A stretch of DNA of 64,000 nt from Candidatus Altimarinota bacterium (GCA_031386685.1 JANNCQ010000067.1:71-64070), one strand, 5' to 3'. Counted from the stretch's first letter, positions 1 through 13,642 are shown. Numbers and translations are program-made. Notes: generated from the letters alone by a model not told the origin.

Positions 1-552
1 CTATCTTATGCCCACACTCTAATGAAATGTAAATGTAAACTTGATTCTGCAACAATACAGATATTGACAAAAATAGTATTATATCTATTATGAGCGTTAT
101 AAACTCTAAAAATATTATGTCTACCGAAATCTCACCATATCTAGACCGAGCTCAGGTAGATGCTGTTGTGTGATATCTCGTTTCTTGATCTATAACGTAT
201 AACAACGACACTATAAAAGCAATAGTAAAATGAGATTTTATTCAATATGCTGAACCGTGCATAACAGCAGCACTCTCCAATGCACTATAATCCTGAGAGG
301 TTAACCGAGATGAAGTTATAGCACGTATACGGGCGCTAACGAGTCAGCGTTCGGTCAATATAATCCTTATGAGATGTCTTCCTGAGTTACCTGTCCAAGA
401 ATAAGCAAATGACTGAGAACCATAAACTCAAGAAAGAGCTCCTAGAGAGAATGTCTTTGCTTTCCTTTGCTTTTTTTATATACTAGACGGATACTCTCTC
501 GATACTATCGAGCAATTTTCCTGTTTTATACTCTATTATATTATAAACCTTT

Positions 553-1911
553 ATGGAACTTCCTTCTCGTGTCCGTGGCATGCAAGACATCTTCTGAGAA
601 TATCAGAGATATTTCACATTCTTAAAAAAAGTGGCACGTCACGAATTTCGTACGAATGGATTTACCCGCATCACGACTCCCATACTAGAACTCAAAAGTC
701 TCATCGTCCACTCCACAGGAGATAGCTCTGATATCGTGACCAAAGAAATGTTCGACTTCACGGATAAGTGAGGTCGTGAGGTCGTCATGAAACCTGAGAG
801 TACTCCTTGAGTCATGCGTGCCTACCTCGAACATATGCTGGAAGAGCCTCAGCCAGTATACCTCTACTATATCGAGCCACACTTCCGATATGATCGCCCA
901 CAGAAAGGCCGCTATAGACAGTTCCACCAGGTGGGTGCCGAGATCATCGGTGAAGAAGATCCGATCCTTGATGCCAAGTCGATCTATATCATGAAAAATA
1001 TCCTTGATGGCATCGGTCTTGCTGGGACCTATACAATCAAGATCAACTCTCTCGGTATCCCGAAAGAGCGTGAAAAATATCTTCTCGAACTCCAGTCATT
1101 CTTCGAGAGCAAAAAACACCTCCTCGATGAGACAGATCTCGCTCGACTCGAGAAAAATCCTCTCCGCCTTCTCGATAGCAAAAATCCTGATGTCATCGAA
1201 CTCCTCAAGATCGCACCGAAGATGGTCGATTTTCTTAAAAAAGACTCTCTCGAATTCTATACTAAAGCCAAAGAATACCTCGATATCCTCGGAGTAGACT
1301 ATGTCGAAGACTCGACTCTCGTACGTGGTCTTGATTATTATTGTCATACCGTATGGGAATTCGTCGATGGATCTGGACGTACTCAAGATGCATTCGGTGG
1401 AGGAGGCCGCTACGATGGACTCGCGAAGTCTATAGGATATAAGACTGAGGTCCCTGCAGTAGGATTTGCATTCGGGGCTGAGAGACTTATAGAAGCGATG
1501 ATGGAGCGCTGAGTCAAGCTCAAAAACAAAGATAAGATCCACCTCTATATCATGCAGCTCGGTGATGAAGCGAAGAAGCTCGCTCTCCCACTCAATATCG
1601 ATGCTCGCAAACGTGGGATCAACTCGCTCCTCTCTCTCGGTACACCAAGCATCAAAGTGCAACTCAAAAAAGCAAATCGCGTCGGTGCACGCTTCGTGAT
1701 CGTCATCGGTATCATGGAAGCGAAGAAGTGAATCTGCCAACTTAAGGACATGGACAAAGGGACTCAAGTCGAGATGCCTCTCGATACTGTACTTGACTCT
1801 ATCATCCGAGAGATCGGTACAGAGTCACTCTCTTTCTACCATCCATCTCGTGACTTTATCATCACTGAAGGAAGTATGACAAGTGAAGATGCCAAAAAAA
1901 TCACAGTTGAT
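553..1911 (+). CDS. hisS: histidine--tRNA ligase
   Basis: Read with TGA=Gly the frame is open for 452 aa. It carries class II HisRS motifs (MKPESTP-G-VMRAYLEH, matching the LRPEGTAGCVRA region; RYRQFHQVGAE; GGGRYDGL). It merges track ORF 814..1512 with upstream and downstream pieces. Confidence 0.9.
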
Positions 1912-1923
1912 TAACCAGAGAAT

Positions 1924-1955
1924 AAAAAAACTCCCGCATATGCGGGAGTTTTTTT
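1924..1955. terminator. bidirectional rho-independent terminator between hisS and the convergent giant gene
   Basis: Perfect hairpin CTCCCGCATATGCGGGAG (1931..1948), flanked by an A-run on the 5' side and a T-run on the 3' side. Confidence 0.7.
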
Positions 1956-4900
1956 ATTCAAATACAAGGTCGAACCCTATAGGTATCAGGGATTGGATCG
2001 CGGGATTAAATTCTATAATAGTCGGATATTTCGCAAATTCTTCATTTGTATTCATAAATTTTTGGATGAGGTTTGTATTTATGTTGGTACAAACACCCGC
2101 TGTACACGTCTCAGAACCAATAATTTTACCAGTACCGAAAGGATTAAGTCAGAGTACCCCGCCATCGACAAGATAATATCTTCTCAGATAATTGAGATCA
2201 TACTTTTGAGCCTCCTGTAATGTAGGTACCGCAGAACAAGGATTACTCAGAAGATTTGGGCATTTTGGTGGGTTCTGACGTGATCATCCTATAGTATTAT
2301 CACTGAGGATGGTTCCAAATATATAGAGTTGGTTTTTTAATACAGCAATAGAAGTACTATATCATAGTTCACTCGCACCATCGTAACTCATGACACTTCT
2401 GTCAATAACATATGTTCCTACTACATTTGTCACACCCGGATCAATATAGAGATTTCATCCATTATTATTTTCGTCTTTTTGGATGATGACACCGAGTATA
2501 CTTGGTTTACTTGGATCATAATACATATCGTTTTTGATATAGAGATTTGCTCACCGAATGACGAGTGTGCGAACTCATGAGATCATAGAAGCGGTAAGTT
2601 CTACATTTCATCATACCTTCTCTATCAACATGATCGACCTATCAGATGACTGACGTATTATAGTACCTGAAGCCATTGCTCATACTCATGGGAGATTCGT
2701 GATATCTACAAGACTCGATGATATCGGTAAGAGTGTTGCATTTCTCGTAGCAAGAAAGATATTTTTCTTTATCTGTTCTCGTATCAAACTTCGATCAGTA
2801 TTCGTAAATACACTCGCTCCTGTAGAAAATTGATCCGTGACGATAGCATTTATATTATTTCCTCAGATAGATCCAAGTATCTTGATACCGACTTGGTTTC
2901 ATGCTGAAGAGGTCGGAATATTATAGTAGCTAGATCTTCCTACAAGGTCAGAATTTGTCGTTATGGAATATCCGTTTAATACATACTTTAAATGTGTCGA
3001 CGTATACAGGCTCGATAGGTTTGATACCATAAATCAAGGTCTTTGTACAAGCTGTGAGTACAAAAGAGTAGCAGATGGAAAAGTCGAACTATAGAGACTT
3101 CCCGATGCGATAATTTCAGTACCCGGTGGAGATATTGTATTAGCGTAAAAACGGAATGCATTAGCGTTCGATCATGAGAAAGTAATATCGAGAGTTCCAG
3201 GTGGGTTCACCAACACAGAATGTTTAGATATATTCACACCACTCACTTGCTCTGTTCACTCTATGAATCCTCAGTTTCTGAGATCTCCCACTATAGCTGT
3301 AGAAAAAAGTGGACTAAACTTCGATATTACAGGAGTTCCAATTATAGGTATTGCCTGAGGGGTATCTCATAGTTCAACTAAGGTACTACTATTTATATCA
3401 TAGGTGATAGTATTTATCGTGAATTCAGCAAGAGGATCAGATATTGGTCAGAAGTTCTGATTAAATGTCGGTGTATAGACCTGGAATCTATAGCTATACT
3501 TTCCATCAGTTGATATCTCGGCATTAAATGAACCACTATTGGTAAGTCGATTAATGAAGACTCCTGAATTGGTCGTACGATCCAAGAATACAGCATCTCC
3601 ACCAGATCGACTGAATTGATCGAGATACATCGTATTATTTACATCGAAGTTAAAGTCGATATTTCTCCCTATACCTGGAGCAGGTATTATGATATTTCCA
3701 TATATATCTTTGAGCTCTAAAGTGAGATTCTTCGTAGATCAATCAGCGATATTTCATGAAGCGGATAAATCTTCTGAAATCACATGATGTTGGGTAATAC
3801 TTTTTGTATTCGCATAAACCGTATGTACTGAAGTATTTATACCATTCCAGCAGTTTCACACCTGATCACAGAACCGAGTAAGCCTGAATGTATAATCTCG
3901 CCCACCACTTGGAGTTCTATCACTATCGACATCAGACTTATCCCAGTTAAAGAGAAGTGTCGATGTTATAGAACTCTGAAAATCTGGAAGAGCAAGAAGA
4001 TTTTTATTTTCAGAGTTTCACTCAATAGTGACAATCGGTGATCCAGAATTATTGTTTACATCGATGCCATAGATGTGAGTACCAGCAAGGTAATTCGGAG
4101 GATTCAGATTCGTGACATCAGCAAGTGTCGGGATAGTAGTATCAATCTTAAGTACTTTTGGAGAGTTAATAATAGCACTTATATTTCCCGCGATATCACG
4201 TACGATAAGTTGATATTTATAAGCAGTATGAGTATTCAGGATACCTAATGCGCAATTCCCTGAAGTCATATTCACACATCCTGCGACATCAGAAAATGGA
4301 GTCCATGTAGCAAAAGTGGGGCTATCGGTCGACGTAGAGACTTGTACTGTGTAGTTTTGAACATCAGAAATTGCGATACCAGGTCCTGGCAGAGGATCAT
4401 TGACTGAAATAAGGACTGTTTGAGTATTAAATGCATTTGTCCATCCATCAAAATAATCAATCGTTCCTGTCGGAGGGATTTGGTCGAGACGGTATACTCC
4501 ACTCCATGAATAGCTTTGATTCGTCGCATTATCAGTCGCACAGAGATAGAGGGTTTGATTTCAGTCAGTGGAAAGTACTATAGTCGTAGGATCTACATAT
4601 GCTGTTCCTGCAGCTCCCAGACAATCGGCAAGAGAAGGTGATGTAGCACTATTATAATCCCATAAGTATTTGCGAACCGCTGTTTGGCTTACGGCTTTTC
4701 CTGGAGCAGGAAGAGGATCGATAGCACTGAGAATGATCGATATAGGGATATTTTTCCAAACGAGAGAAGCATTGTCCGCAGAGACAGTAGGTCTTGTCTT
4801 ATCGAGACGATAGACTCCACTCCAGATGAGACTCTGATTCGTAGCAAGATCTTCTGTACAGAGATAGAGAGTATGATCTCCCTCTATAGAGATAGTAAAT

Positions 4901-6798
4901 GAATCACCTGTCGTATAAGCTACTCATGATGCGAGACATATAGCCGGTGATGGGACTCAGAATGCATTATCAATATCTAGATAATATTTTCTGATATTCG
5001 TCCCACTCACTATAGTTCATACTACCGGGATAGGGTCATCTGTAGTAAGTGTGACTGTGATATTCGCATTTTTCCATGTAGTATTTGCATTCGTCGCTGA
5101 GGCAGTAGGACGAGTCTTATCGAGACGATATGATCCACTCCAGAGTAAGCTTTGATTCGTAGCATTATCGTTCGCACAGAGATAGAGATCATTATCTCAT
5201 TCTACTGATCCGGTAATAGTCTGATTATCGATAAATGGTGTTCCTCAGGCAAGACATGCGGCAAGACTCGGTGCTGCTGCACCATTGTACTTCCATATAT
5301 ATTTTCTTATATTCGTATCACTCACGATAGTTCATACCGAAGAGGGAGGATCATTTGCGGAGAGGACGATAGTGATATCTACTTTTTTCCAAGTAGCACT
5401 TGCATTTGAGGCTGATACTGTAGGCACTTTCTTATCGAGACGATAGGTTCCTCACCAGAGTATGCTCTGGTTTCCAGCATTATCTGTCGCACAGAGATAG
5501 AGATCATGATCTCATTGTATTGTGACCGTCTGAGTAGCGCCATCAGAATAGGGTGTTCCTGAAGCGAGACAAGTAGCAAGACTCGGTGCTGCTGCACCAT
5601 TGTACTTCCATATATATTTTGCTGTATTTATACCACTTTCAGCATCTATCGCGTAGAGCGTGAGAGGGATATCAGCATTTTTCCAAGTAGTACCAGTATT
5701 TGAGGCGTAGACGGTAGGAGGCGTATTATCCCAGCGGTAATCAGCATTCCATGTATCAGTATTTCCTGCATTATCAGCGACACAAAGGTAGAGTGTATGG
5801 ATTCATGGCGAGGGCATACTAATAGCGTCATTATTCACGTAGTTTGTTCATGCAGTACATACTGGATTATCCCATCTATACTTTGCATAAGCTATCCCAC
5901 TCGATGGTGCAGGGTCAGATACAGAGAGTGTGATAGTAGGATTCGTAGAATACTGTCAAAGGATTACCATATTCGCAGAGACACTTGGAATGACACTATC
6001 AAAACGGTAGGTGCCATTCCATGTATCAGTATTTCCTGCGTTGTCAGCAGCACAGAGATAGAGTGTATTGATTCATTGTCCTGGTCGCGTGATCGTAGTA
6101 CCATTTACAAAATTTGTTCCTGTCGTACAGGTTGAATCATTCCATTTGTATCGAGTGTAGCTTATGCCACTTGATGGCGCAGTATCAGATACGGAGAGAG
6201 TAATATTCGAGTTCGAATTGGTCCACCCAGCAATAACGCTATCTGCAGAGACACTTGGAATGACACTATCAAGTTTATAGTCTGAGCTTGCCCAAGTACT
6301 ACTATTTCCTATGCCATCTTCAGCACAGAGATAGAGTGTACGCTGTCACTGACCAGGGATAGATGTCGTATTCCCATTATTATATGGGGTTCATGCAGCG
6401 AAACAGTTATTCACATCCCATATATATTTTGCGTAGCTCAGCCCACTTCATCCCCAATCTGAGGACGAAAGAGTGATGGTCACATTTACCTTTCTCCATG
6501 AAGTAGATGCATTGTTTGCAGAAATACTGGGATCAGTAGCATCCCAGTATTCGCAATACATCCATGGACCAGATAGTCAAGTAACTCTTGTCTGGGAATA
6601 ATGTCTTTCCACTCCATCTGTCCCAGGATATAATCAACCCGGAACTGGTGTAGGATCTATAGTATCTGCTTGGCCATCTGTACTACAATATCCTAGACCC
6701 TGGTTAAACCATCATCCCCCATACCATGCTGCTGATACTTCCAGTGCTGCACTGAAAAATCATAATACAAGGAGAAATATATATATTTTTGTTTTCAT
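1954..6798 (-). CDS. giant secreted surface protein (1614 aa) with tandem Ig/OmpL47-like repeats
   Basis: One frame is open from ATG 6798 to TAA 1954 once TGA is read through. Track ORFs 3448..3630 and 4018..4275 lie in this frame. N-terminal signal-like MKTKIYIFLLVL-G-FFSAALEVSAA. Repeats carry the signature (H/N)TLYLC(A/T)xDNAGN..W. Confidence 0.8.
4300..6560 (-). repeat. seven tandem coding repeats (period about 271-318 bp) inside the giant surface protein
   Basis: The plus-strand string GCACAGAGATAGAG (antisense of LYLC) or a close variant recurs near 4538, 4856, 5174, 5489, 5779, 6050 and 6323. Confidence 0.75.
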
Positions 6799-6890
6799 AG
6801 ATAATTTTTATATACTAGTATTAGTCTAGCACTTCTTTTAAAAAAAAGCGAAAAAATGAGATTTTTCTAAAAAATCCTCTCAAATACACC

Positions 6891-7832
6891 ATGTCTCTCT
6901 CTCAATTATCTCTTCTCATCATCTTTATGAGTATCAACGTACTCATACTTCGAGAAGATTTTATAAGCAGAAAAATACCCAATAAATATATTATCTCTCT
7001 CTTTCTTCTTTTACCCTTTTGGTGAGTATTATTTTTTCCAGAAGATTTAAGAGTACTCCTGCCACACTGTATTCTTTTTTTGATTCTTATAATTATTGGG
7101 ATATTTTCAGAAAAAGAAAAATGATTCTTTGGTGGGTGAGATATTAAGTATTGAGCCCTGATTATTCTCTTTCTTTCTGGAAGATCTCTCTCAGTGTTTA
7201 TCGGAAATATTTGAGTATTCACGCTGCTAATCCTTATTTTTTGGTGGTCAATGATTCTTTGAAAGATATATACTGTTCGACCTGATATCATTCATGAATT
7301 ATCGTGTAAAAGACTGAGAAAAGTCATACGAGAAAATCACTTCATAAAGTCAACAGTATTCTTTATATTTGATTGGATTGTAATCGGCATTTTTCTCTAC
7401 CTTGCTATGCAAGATATTCTTATAGAAATGTTCCAGATAAACATTTTTGGAGGCCAGCTCTACTCGATAGTAGCAATAGGAATTTTCTTCTTACGACCAA
7501 GTATAAAGAATCTTATAAAAAACTCAAAGTATGGTTTCTTTGTTATTGTTTTCATATGACTATATTTTATCTCGAAGATCCAAGCTAATGGTATCAGCTA
7601 TTTTCTTACGACTCTTTTCATATTTATAAAAAGTATCTGGATATATGCACTGGTATTTTCTTCTCTCGGATGGATTACCCGAAAGACTTTTCTCAAATAT
7701 GATGCCCTGATAGATAAAAAAAATATTGGAAAATCATTTGATACTATTGCTTATTCATTTGTGATTTTTCTCGCATTTATTGTGACTTTTTTTCTCGATT
7801 TCTCCTTTATCGAGTGGATATGTAGTCCTTAA
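6891..7832 (+). CDS. A24-family prepilin peptidase-like membrane protein
   Basis: Polytopic hydrophobic 313 aa protein. It has the two aspartate motifs of type IV prepilin peptidases (REDFISRKIPN and G-FFGG-G-DIKY-G-AL, with three Gly encoded by TGA). Confidence 0.7.
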
Positions 7833-8893
7833 GAGAGTACTTTCGGAAAGTCTCATTGCACTTTATGAAAATGTTCTATGAGTCAGGTCCTTGCCCGATG
7901 AATCGTAGAGGAAGAGAATCATGATTCTTTGATAAATCATAGGCATTCTTGATGGACCGATCGCATTTCTTCTAAGATTTCTTTCCCAAGAGGACAGAGG
8001 TTTGCATACTTATCGAGTACTTGGAGAGAAAGACCATTTTTGAGTACATATAAGATCGTCTTTTCGATCCAATTTTCTGGAAGTATGATAATTCCCTGTA
8101 TATGCGCATTCAGTATGACCCAATATGCTCATACTAGAGCATGAAGACCAAGATATATTCAGTGAATATGTCTTGCATCTGGCCTATAAGGAGAGTAGTA
8201 TATCTGCTTATAGTCATTCTGTATAAGTGTTTCTGTTTGCATAATAATATAGAGTTTATTATGGTTATACTCGTGGAGGATAGCCTCGAGTAATGCCAAC
8301 TCTGGAAGGTCCATATCTTCTGGGTAGCTCATAAGCAGATGCCCGATAGCATCGGAAAAAGAACCAGAATTATGCACTCAAGAACTCACATCAAACGGGA
8401 TAATCTTATGGATTACGTTATTGATCTCACTCATAAAACCTGGAGAAACTTTCTCAAGAATAGAGAAGGATTTATTAAATAAAATGTGCCACTCATCCTG
8501 TGTTTTCATTCAAAATGATGGGGTAATATTATTTTTTATATGATCTGGATGAAGTTGGTTATGAATATTTGGATTCTGAAAATCTAGAGTTATTAAAATA
8601 TTTGTACCTTCAAGAGCTTGTCCTTGATCGATCAGAAAATTACCTCATTGTGCACAGTATTTTTCATACTCTCTCAAAATTAACAGACGAATCTCTTCTT
8701 GCTCAATTTTTCAAGACCTCACTAGCGTAAGGAGGAAATAATGGATGTCTGGCGAAAGGAGGAAATTGTCTTTTGGTTCTTCGGAGGTAATATACTCAAT
8801 CCATAATTTCCGAAGTTTCTCTAGAAAATTACTCCTATACTTATCTAGAATTGGATTTTTTATGTTTCCAAGGGTTGAATAATACATATGCAA
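7829..8893 (-). CDS. HExxH-motif putative peptide-modifying protein
   Basis: 354 aa with LLEAILHEYNHNKLY (HExxH). It is the last gene of the radical SAM operon, 24 bp downstream of the preceding gene. It merges track ORFs 8159..8377 and 8711..8893. Confidence 0.7.
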
Positions 8894-8917
8894 TAACAGT
8901 CAATGTTATAAGAAAAT

Positions 8918-9811
8918 CTAAAAAAGTAATTTATGCGCACTACAGATATCTGATGATTTCTTAATTCAGACTAATTTAAATAAAGTCTCTTCTGAATCGA
9001 AATTATGAATAGAAAGGTGTTTCTTGAGATAGAGTGCTCTTGTCGGAAAACACTTATAAATACTCCCATCAATATCAATATCAAATTTTCAGCTAAACCC
9101 TTCACATCAATACCTCAGATGGATACCAAGATCATTCATGTAATCTATTTCTGACTTATGAAATATATCCTTAGATAGTCAACATGAAAAAACAAACTCA
9201 AATTCTTTACCATATTCTTTTATTATACTGAAGATATATTCTCAGTACTTCCTTGATCCTGTATCAATAATAAGTGGATCTCCTATAATTGTATTTGTTA
9301 TCTTGAGATTTAAATGAGAGATATTAGTATCTCTTGCGACCTTGACTATATCATAAAATGATTTTGAAAGATCATATATATTATATCCTATTGTCATACG
9401 CGTTCTCGCATTCTTAAAATATTTAAGATTATTTATGACACGTTCGTACTCTATATCAGAGTAAAAGTCACGATTATTCACATTTGCATTTATTGTATTG
9501 GGTATTGACTTTTCGTTTTGGAAAATATTTTGGATATATTTCTCAGGGAAGTTCAGGTTCGAAAAAAGTCGAGTATGGAATCATCCCTTATGAGCCAGAA
9601 GGAAGAACTTATTCAGCTCTGGATGAAGAAGAGGTTCTCATCAAAGAAATCGAACATCTTCATATCAAAATTTTCGAAGGAATCGAAGAATCTGGATAAA
9701 AGTAGATATTTTTTGATTTTTTATTGGTAAGGCATCTTTGTTCATGCTATCTTCAGCAAAGCAATATGAACACTTTTGATTACAAGTATTATTAATGATA
9801 ATATTTGGCAT
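8918..9811 (-). CDS. radical SAM protein 1
   Basis: N-terminal CNQKCSYC (CxxxCxxC) followed by FL-G-GEPLLHP (GGE motif, first Gly is TGA). 297 aa. Starts 3 bp after the upstream gene stop. Confidence 0.75.
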
Positions 9812-9814
9812 AAG

Positions 9815-10798
9815 TTAGTCTGAATGCTTATTAATACGTTCAATTATAGCTGACCTCTCTCACAGAGTAAGCTTTTGCGGTCGGTATTCAACAAAATTAA
9901 AATATCACGGATGATCCATTCAAAAAATATTAGCAGGTTGAGCTAACCAAATGCCAGCACAGATAGTATTTAAATCACAATCATTACATGATTTTCATTT
10001 GTCGTGAATAAACCATTGGGATTTTTGTTCGACTATTTCTCGTTCATCGAGAAAATGAACAATTCGTTCTTCATCTTTTACTATTTTTCGTGTTTCCGTG
10101 GAAAAATGCTCAAATCACCTCATATAGCAAAGAGGCACTCTCTCGACGCGAAATGTTCTACCTGTAGATTCCAGATATTCCATAGCTCTATGAAGTGGAA
10201 ATTCAAAGGCGGCAAAGTCTGGCAAAGTCGAGAGTGCTGTTTCTGTTTTTCTCATCATAAGTGGATCTAGATTGTTCCAGACAAAATGCTGAATTTCAGG
10301 AAATTGTTTTACAAGAAACTGAACTGTAATATCAAGATGAGACTGATTATAGTGATTAATTGCTGTATTTATCTGGACACGCACACCAAGAGAGATGGCA
10401 TTCTTTATCGAGAACATGAGTCTCTTCCATGAGCCTGGCGTATCTGTAAGGAAATCATGGATCTTCGGATTATAAGAATACACCGAAAAATGAACGAGTT
10501 CGAGTCACGCATCAGCCAGTTTCTTCATATAGGGAAAACTTGCACACATCATCCCATTGGAGATAATACGTGATTCTATCCCAGATTTTTTTGCATATGC
10601 TATCCACCGTGAGAGATCTGGAGAAAGTGTTGGTTCGCCGCCAGTAAATATCACTCATCGATATTTACGCACGATAAAATCATCAATAATTTCTACTCAC
10701 TTTTCATAGGAAATATTCTGGCCATTTGAAGGATTTGAACAAAAATGGCAAGCATTATTACAATGACGATTGACCTGAATGTAACCAATATTTGCCAT
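9815..10798 (-). CDS. radical SAM protein 2 (C-terminal Cys-rich SPASM/twitch-like region)
   Basis: MANIGYIQVNRHCNNACHFC, then FTGGEPT, and C-terminal KSCNDCDLNTICAGIW. 327 aa. Includes track ORF 10115..10483. Confidence 0.8.
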
Positions 10799-10800
10799 GT

Positions 10801-12129
10801 CTAGGATGTAATAGGAGAGAATATATTAAATCAATATGAACGAATAAAATTTATATGTACTCATTCACAGCTATGATTATACTTACACTTTGTACACTGA
10901 ATAGATTTCTTTCGATAGAGATCCATGATATAGTTTTTAGTATAATTTCAAACTAATTTTTCTTTCGAGAGATCACTGCTATATTCATAAAGTCCTTCAT
11001 TATTGTCCTTTCTCATACAATAGGGAATATTGACTAGTTTTTGCCCAGGGGAAAGTGAAAGATCTTGTATTTTTTGAAGGAATTGTTCACCAGTATCACC
11101 ATATTTCTCATAGACTTTACTTGGGAACTCTTCTCAGCGTAAGACAATATATGTATTATTCCTTCTTGGCTCCCATCCATCATCTGCAAGGATATACTTA
11201 TCTCCAGGGGGGAGCTGTATATTTTGATTTTTTATATACCCATGACAGTATTGTTTTAAAAAACATACATTACAGGCTTCGCCATAACAGTGAGGCTTGT
11301 GATTTCATGAAGAAGCAATAAATTTTTGAAAATCCTCCAAAGCCTCTCCCATCACTTCAGATTTTATTTTTCGAGGATCTTGTATGAGGTCTTCAAATCA
11401 TTCGAATGCTTCAGCGGGAAATCTATTAGTCCACATATACATACCTGGAATACGAGAAAGTCTCCATGTTTCATGAAGAGGCTTAATATAGTCTTCTATC
11501 TTATAAAAAAGGATATCCTTGTATTCTGAAAATCCTCTTCAAAAAGGAATAATTTGAAGAATATCAAATTCATAAACTCAAAGTCGCATAAAAAATTGGA
11601 CCATTTTAGGAAGATATTCGACATTGAGTTTATTCACCACCATATCAATATTGATAATTATATTTGGATAATACTTCCGGATATGAATAAGTCACGCTAA
11701 CGCTTTTTCAAATGATCATGGCGTTGCCGTGAGATAATCATGAAGTTTTTTTGTATGTCAGTGAAATGAAAATGTAACTTCCTGTAATCATGCGTCAAAT
11801 ACTTTTTTACAAAAATCAGGGCGAGAAAACATATTTCCATTTGTAACTGTCTGTATACGGTCATATCCTATAGATTTTGCATAACTGATGTAATCAGAGA
11901 ATCTTGGGTTTATACTTGCTTCTCATCCAGAGATAATAATTCTATTGTACACTCCTGCCTTATAGCCCGATGTTATTTCATCTTGAATAATAGTCTGATC
12001 TATAAGCTTCCCATTTTGGGCATCCGCGTCAAGACAAAAGAGACATTTCTCATTACATGCAGCTGCAATACGTACCCAAATTCGATTTTCTTTAGTAGTT
12101 TTTTCTTTTAAAATAAGATTATTATTCAT
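10801..12129 (-). CDS. radical SAM protein 3 (Cys-rich C-terminal domain)
   Basis: CNEKCLFC, IISG-G-EASINP, and C-terminal CNHKPHCYGEACNVCFLKQYCHG plus CTKCKYNHSCE. 442 aa. Its stop lies 2 bp before the next start. Confidence 0.8.
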
Positions 12130-12133
12130 AGGA

Positions 12134-12718
12134 CTATTTTTTTTGTAAGATATATGTGCTTCTCACGCAAAGATCAAATTGAGTCGTATCCTTAATTTCT
12201 TCAATAAGAGTATACTTATTTTTTATAAAAGAGAGAATTTTTTGACGAGAAACTCACCAAATCGGCACATTATCTATAAAGAATAATGGTGTCTCTTCAT
12301 TATTCTCAAAAAAACGGATACAGATATAGCCCCCTGATTGAAGGAGCTTATCGTATTTTAAAAGTATAGCCATGTGTTGAGAGGTATCGATACAATGAAG
12401 GCATCCAATATCGATAATACAATCAAATCTATCTTCATATTGAAAATCAATAATCGAGGAAGTAAGAAATGATATATTATTTGATGCAAACTTTTTAATA
12501 TTATAATCAATTGGTATTGAGGAAATATCGATTCATAGGTACCTTTTATTTTTTCTTATGCATTTTTCTGCGATCTTGGAATAACCACAGCCAACATCTA
12601 GAATATTATCCCATCACATGGCTCAATATTTCTCGAAAACATATAAAATTTCTGGCTCAATTCAAGATGATCACCAAACTATATTAATACCATATTTTTT
12701 GTAGAGAAGATCAAACAT
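12134..12718 (-). CDS. class I SAM-dependent methyltransferase
   Basis: 194 aa with the motif I sequence ILDVGCGYSKIAEK and a post-I acidic residue. The gene is embedded in the operon. Confidence 0.7.
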
Positions 12719-12857
12719 ATATTCGAAAAGTTAATAAGGTCAGATATCCCTCTGCCGAAAAGTCTAATTTAATCTCACAAGCTAGAACTCAGGACAACCC
12801 AAAAATGAGCTTACTAAAATAAAAATCTATTTTAATAATATACTCAGTAGCCTTAAA

Positions 12858-13595
12858 TTAACTAGCTATTATGGCATGGAAGAGGTGTGTCAAGCTCGGG
12901 ATTCTAGGAAAGTTTTGCAAAACTACATGGGAAAGTAATTCTCGAGGATTTTCTTTGATGAGAATTCGCAAAAGTTCTTTTTTAGAAATCAATTCGCTGA
13001 GACTATCATTCGGCATAAATTGTGGGTAGACAATTTTTACTATCTTGGTATTTGAAATATCCAGCATATATTCAAGTATCTCTCTTGAATAGGAGATATT
13101 TGAATATATAAATATTGTCTGTAAAGAAATACCTATATTCTTCTTTGTTTTTATAGTTTCTAAATTTCTATGAAAAAATTTCCATGAATCTCTACTCCCT
13201 GTAATTCGTTCTTGCAAAAGGGAATTATGTCAGTAAAGAGAAATCTCTACTGAATCGATATTATCCAGAATTTCCTTTTTTAAAAGCATAGTATTTGATA
13301 TTCTTAATGTTACTACTATATCTTTATAGTTTGTTTTTATCGAAAGCATAAACTCTGAAAGCCCCTCCCAATCTAATGGCTCATTTCACGAGATATTGAG
13401 GTTATCTGCTATTCAAAGGTCAAATCTCTCATACCAATTACTCAAGTCTTCTCGTGTTAGAAAATGAAAGAACTGATATTTCTTTGAATCCATCATAAAT
13501 ATCGGCCGTGGGAAATAAATAAGATCACGTCCTCTCTTACAAAATAAGCACATTCATTTACAATCCGTAAATCATAAGTAAATATCAATTTGCAT
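12858..13595 (-). CDS. radical SAM protein 4 (short, no SPASM)
   Basis: MQIDIYL-G-FTDCK-G-MCLFC gives CxxxCxxC when TGA=Gly. 245 aa. Includes track ORF 12858..13217. Confidence 0.65.
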
Positions 13596-13642
13596 AGTCT
13601 ACTGGAAGTTAGTATTAATTATAAAATTGAATAACGAATCCT

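Noticed and set aside
1096-1767. 223-aa minus-strand track ORF antisense to hisS. Similar long shadow ORFs occur at 25853..26251(+), 36494..36997(+), 39998..40423(+), 45509..45919(-), 45907..46422(-), 54839..55300(+) and 47437..47844(-).
   Set aside because: They overlap strongly supported genes on the opposite strand. They have no recognisable motifs and show the low-complexity composition typical of antisense frames.
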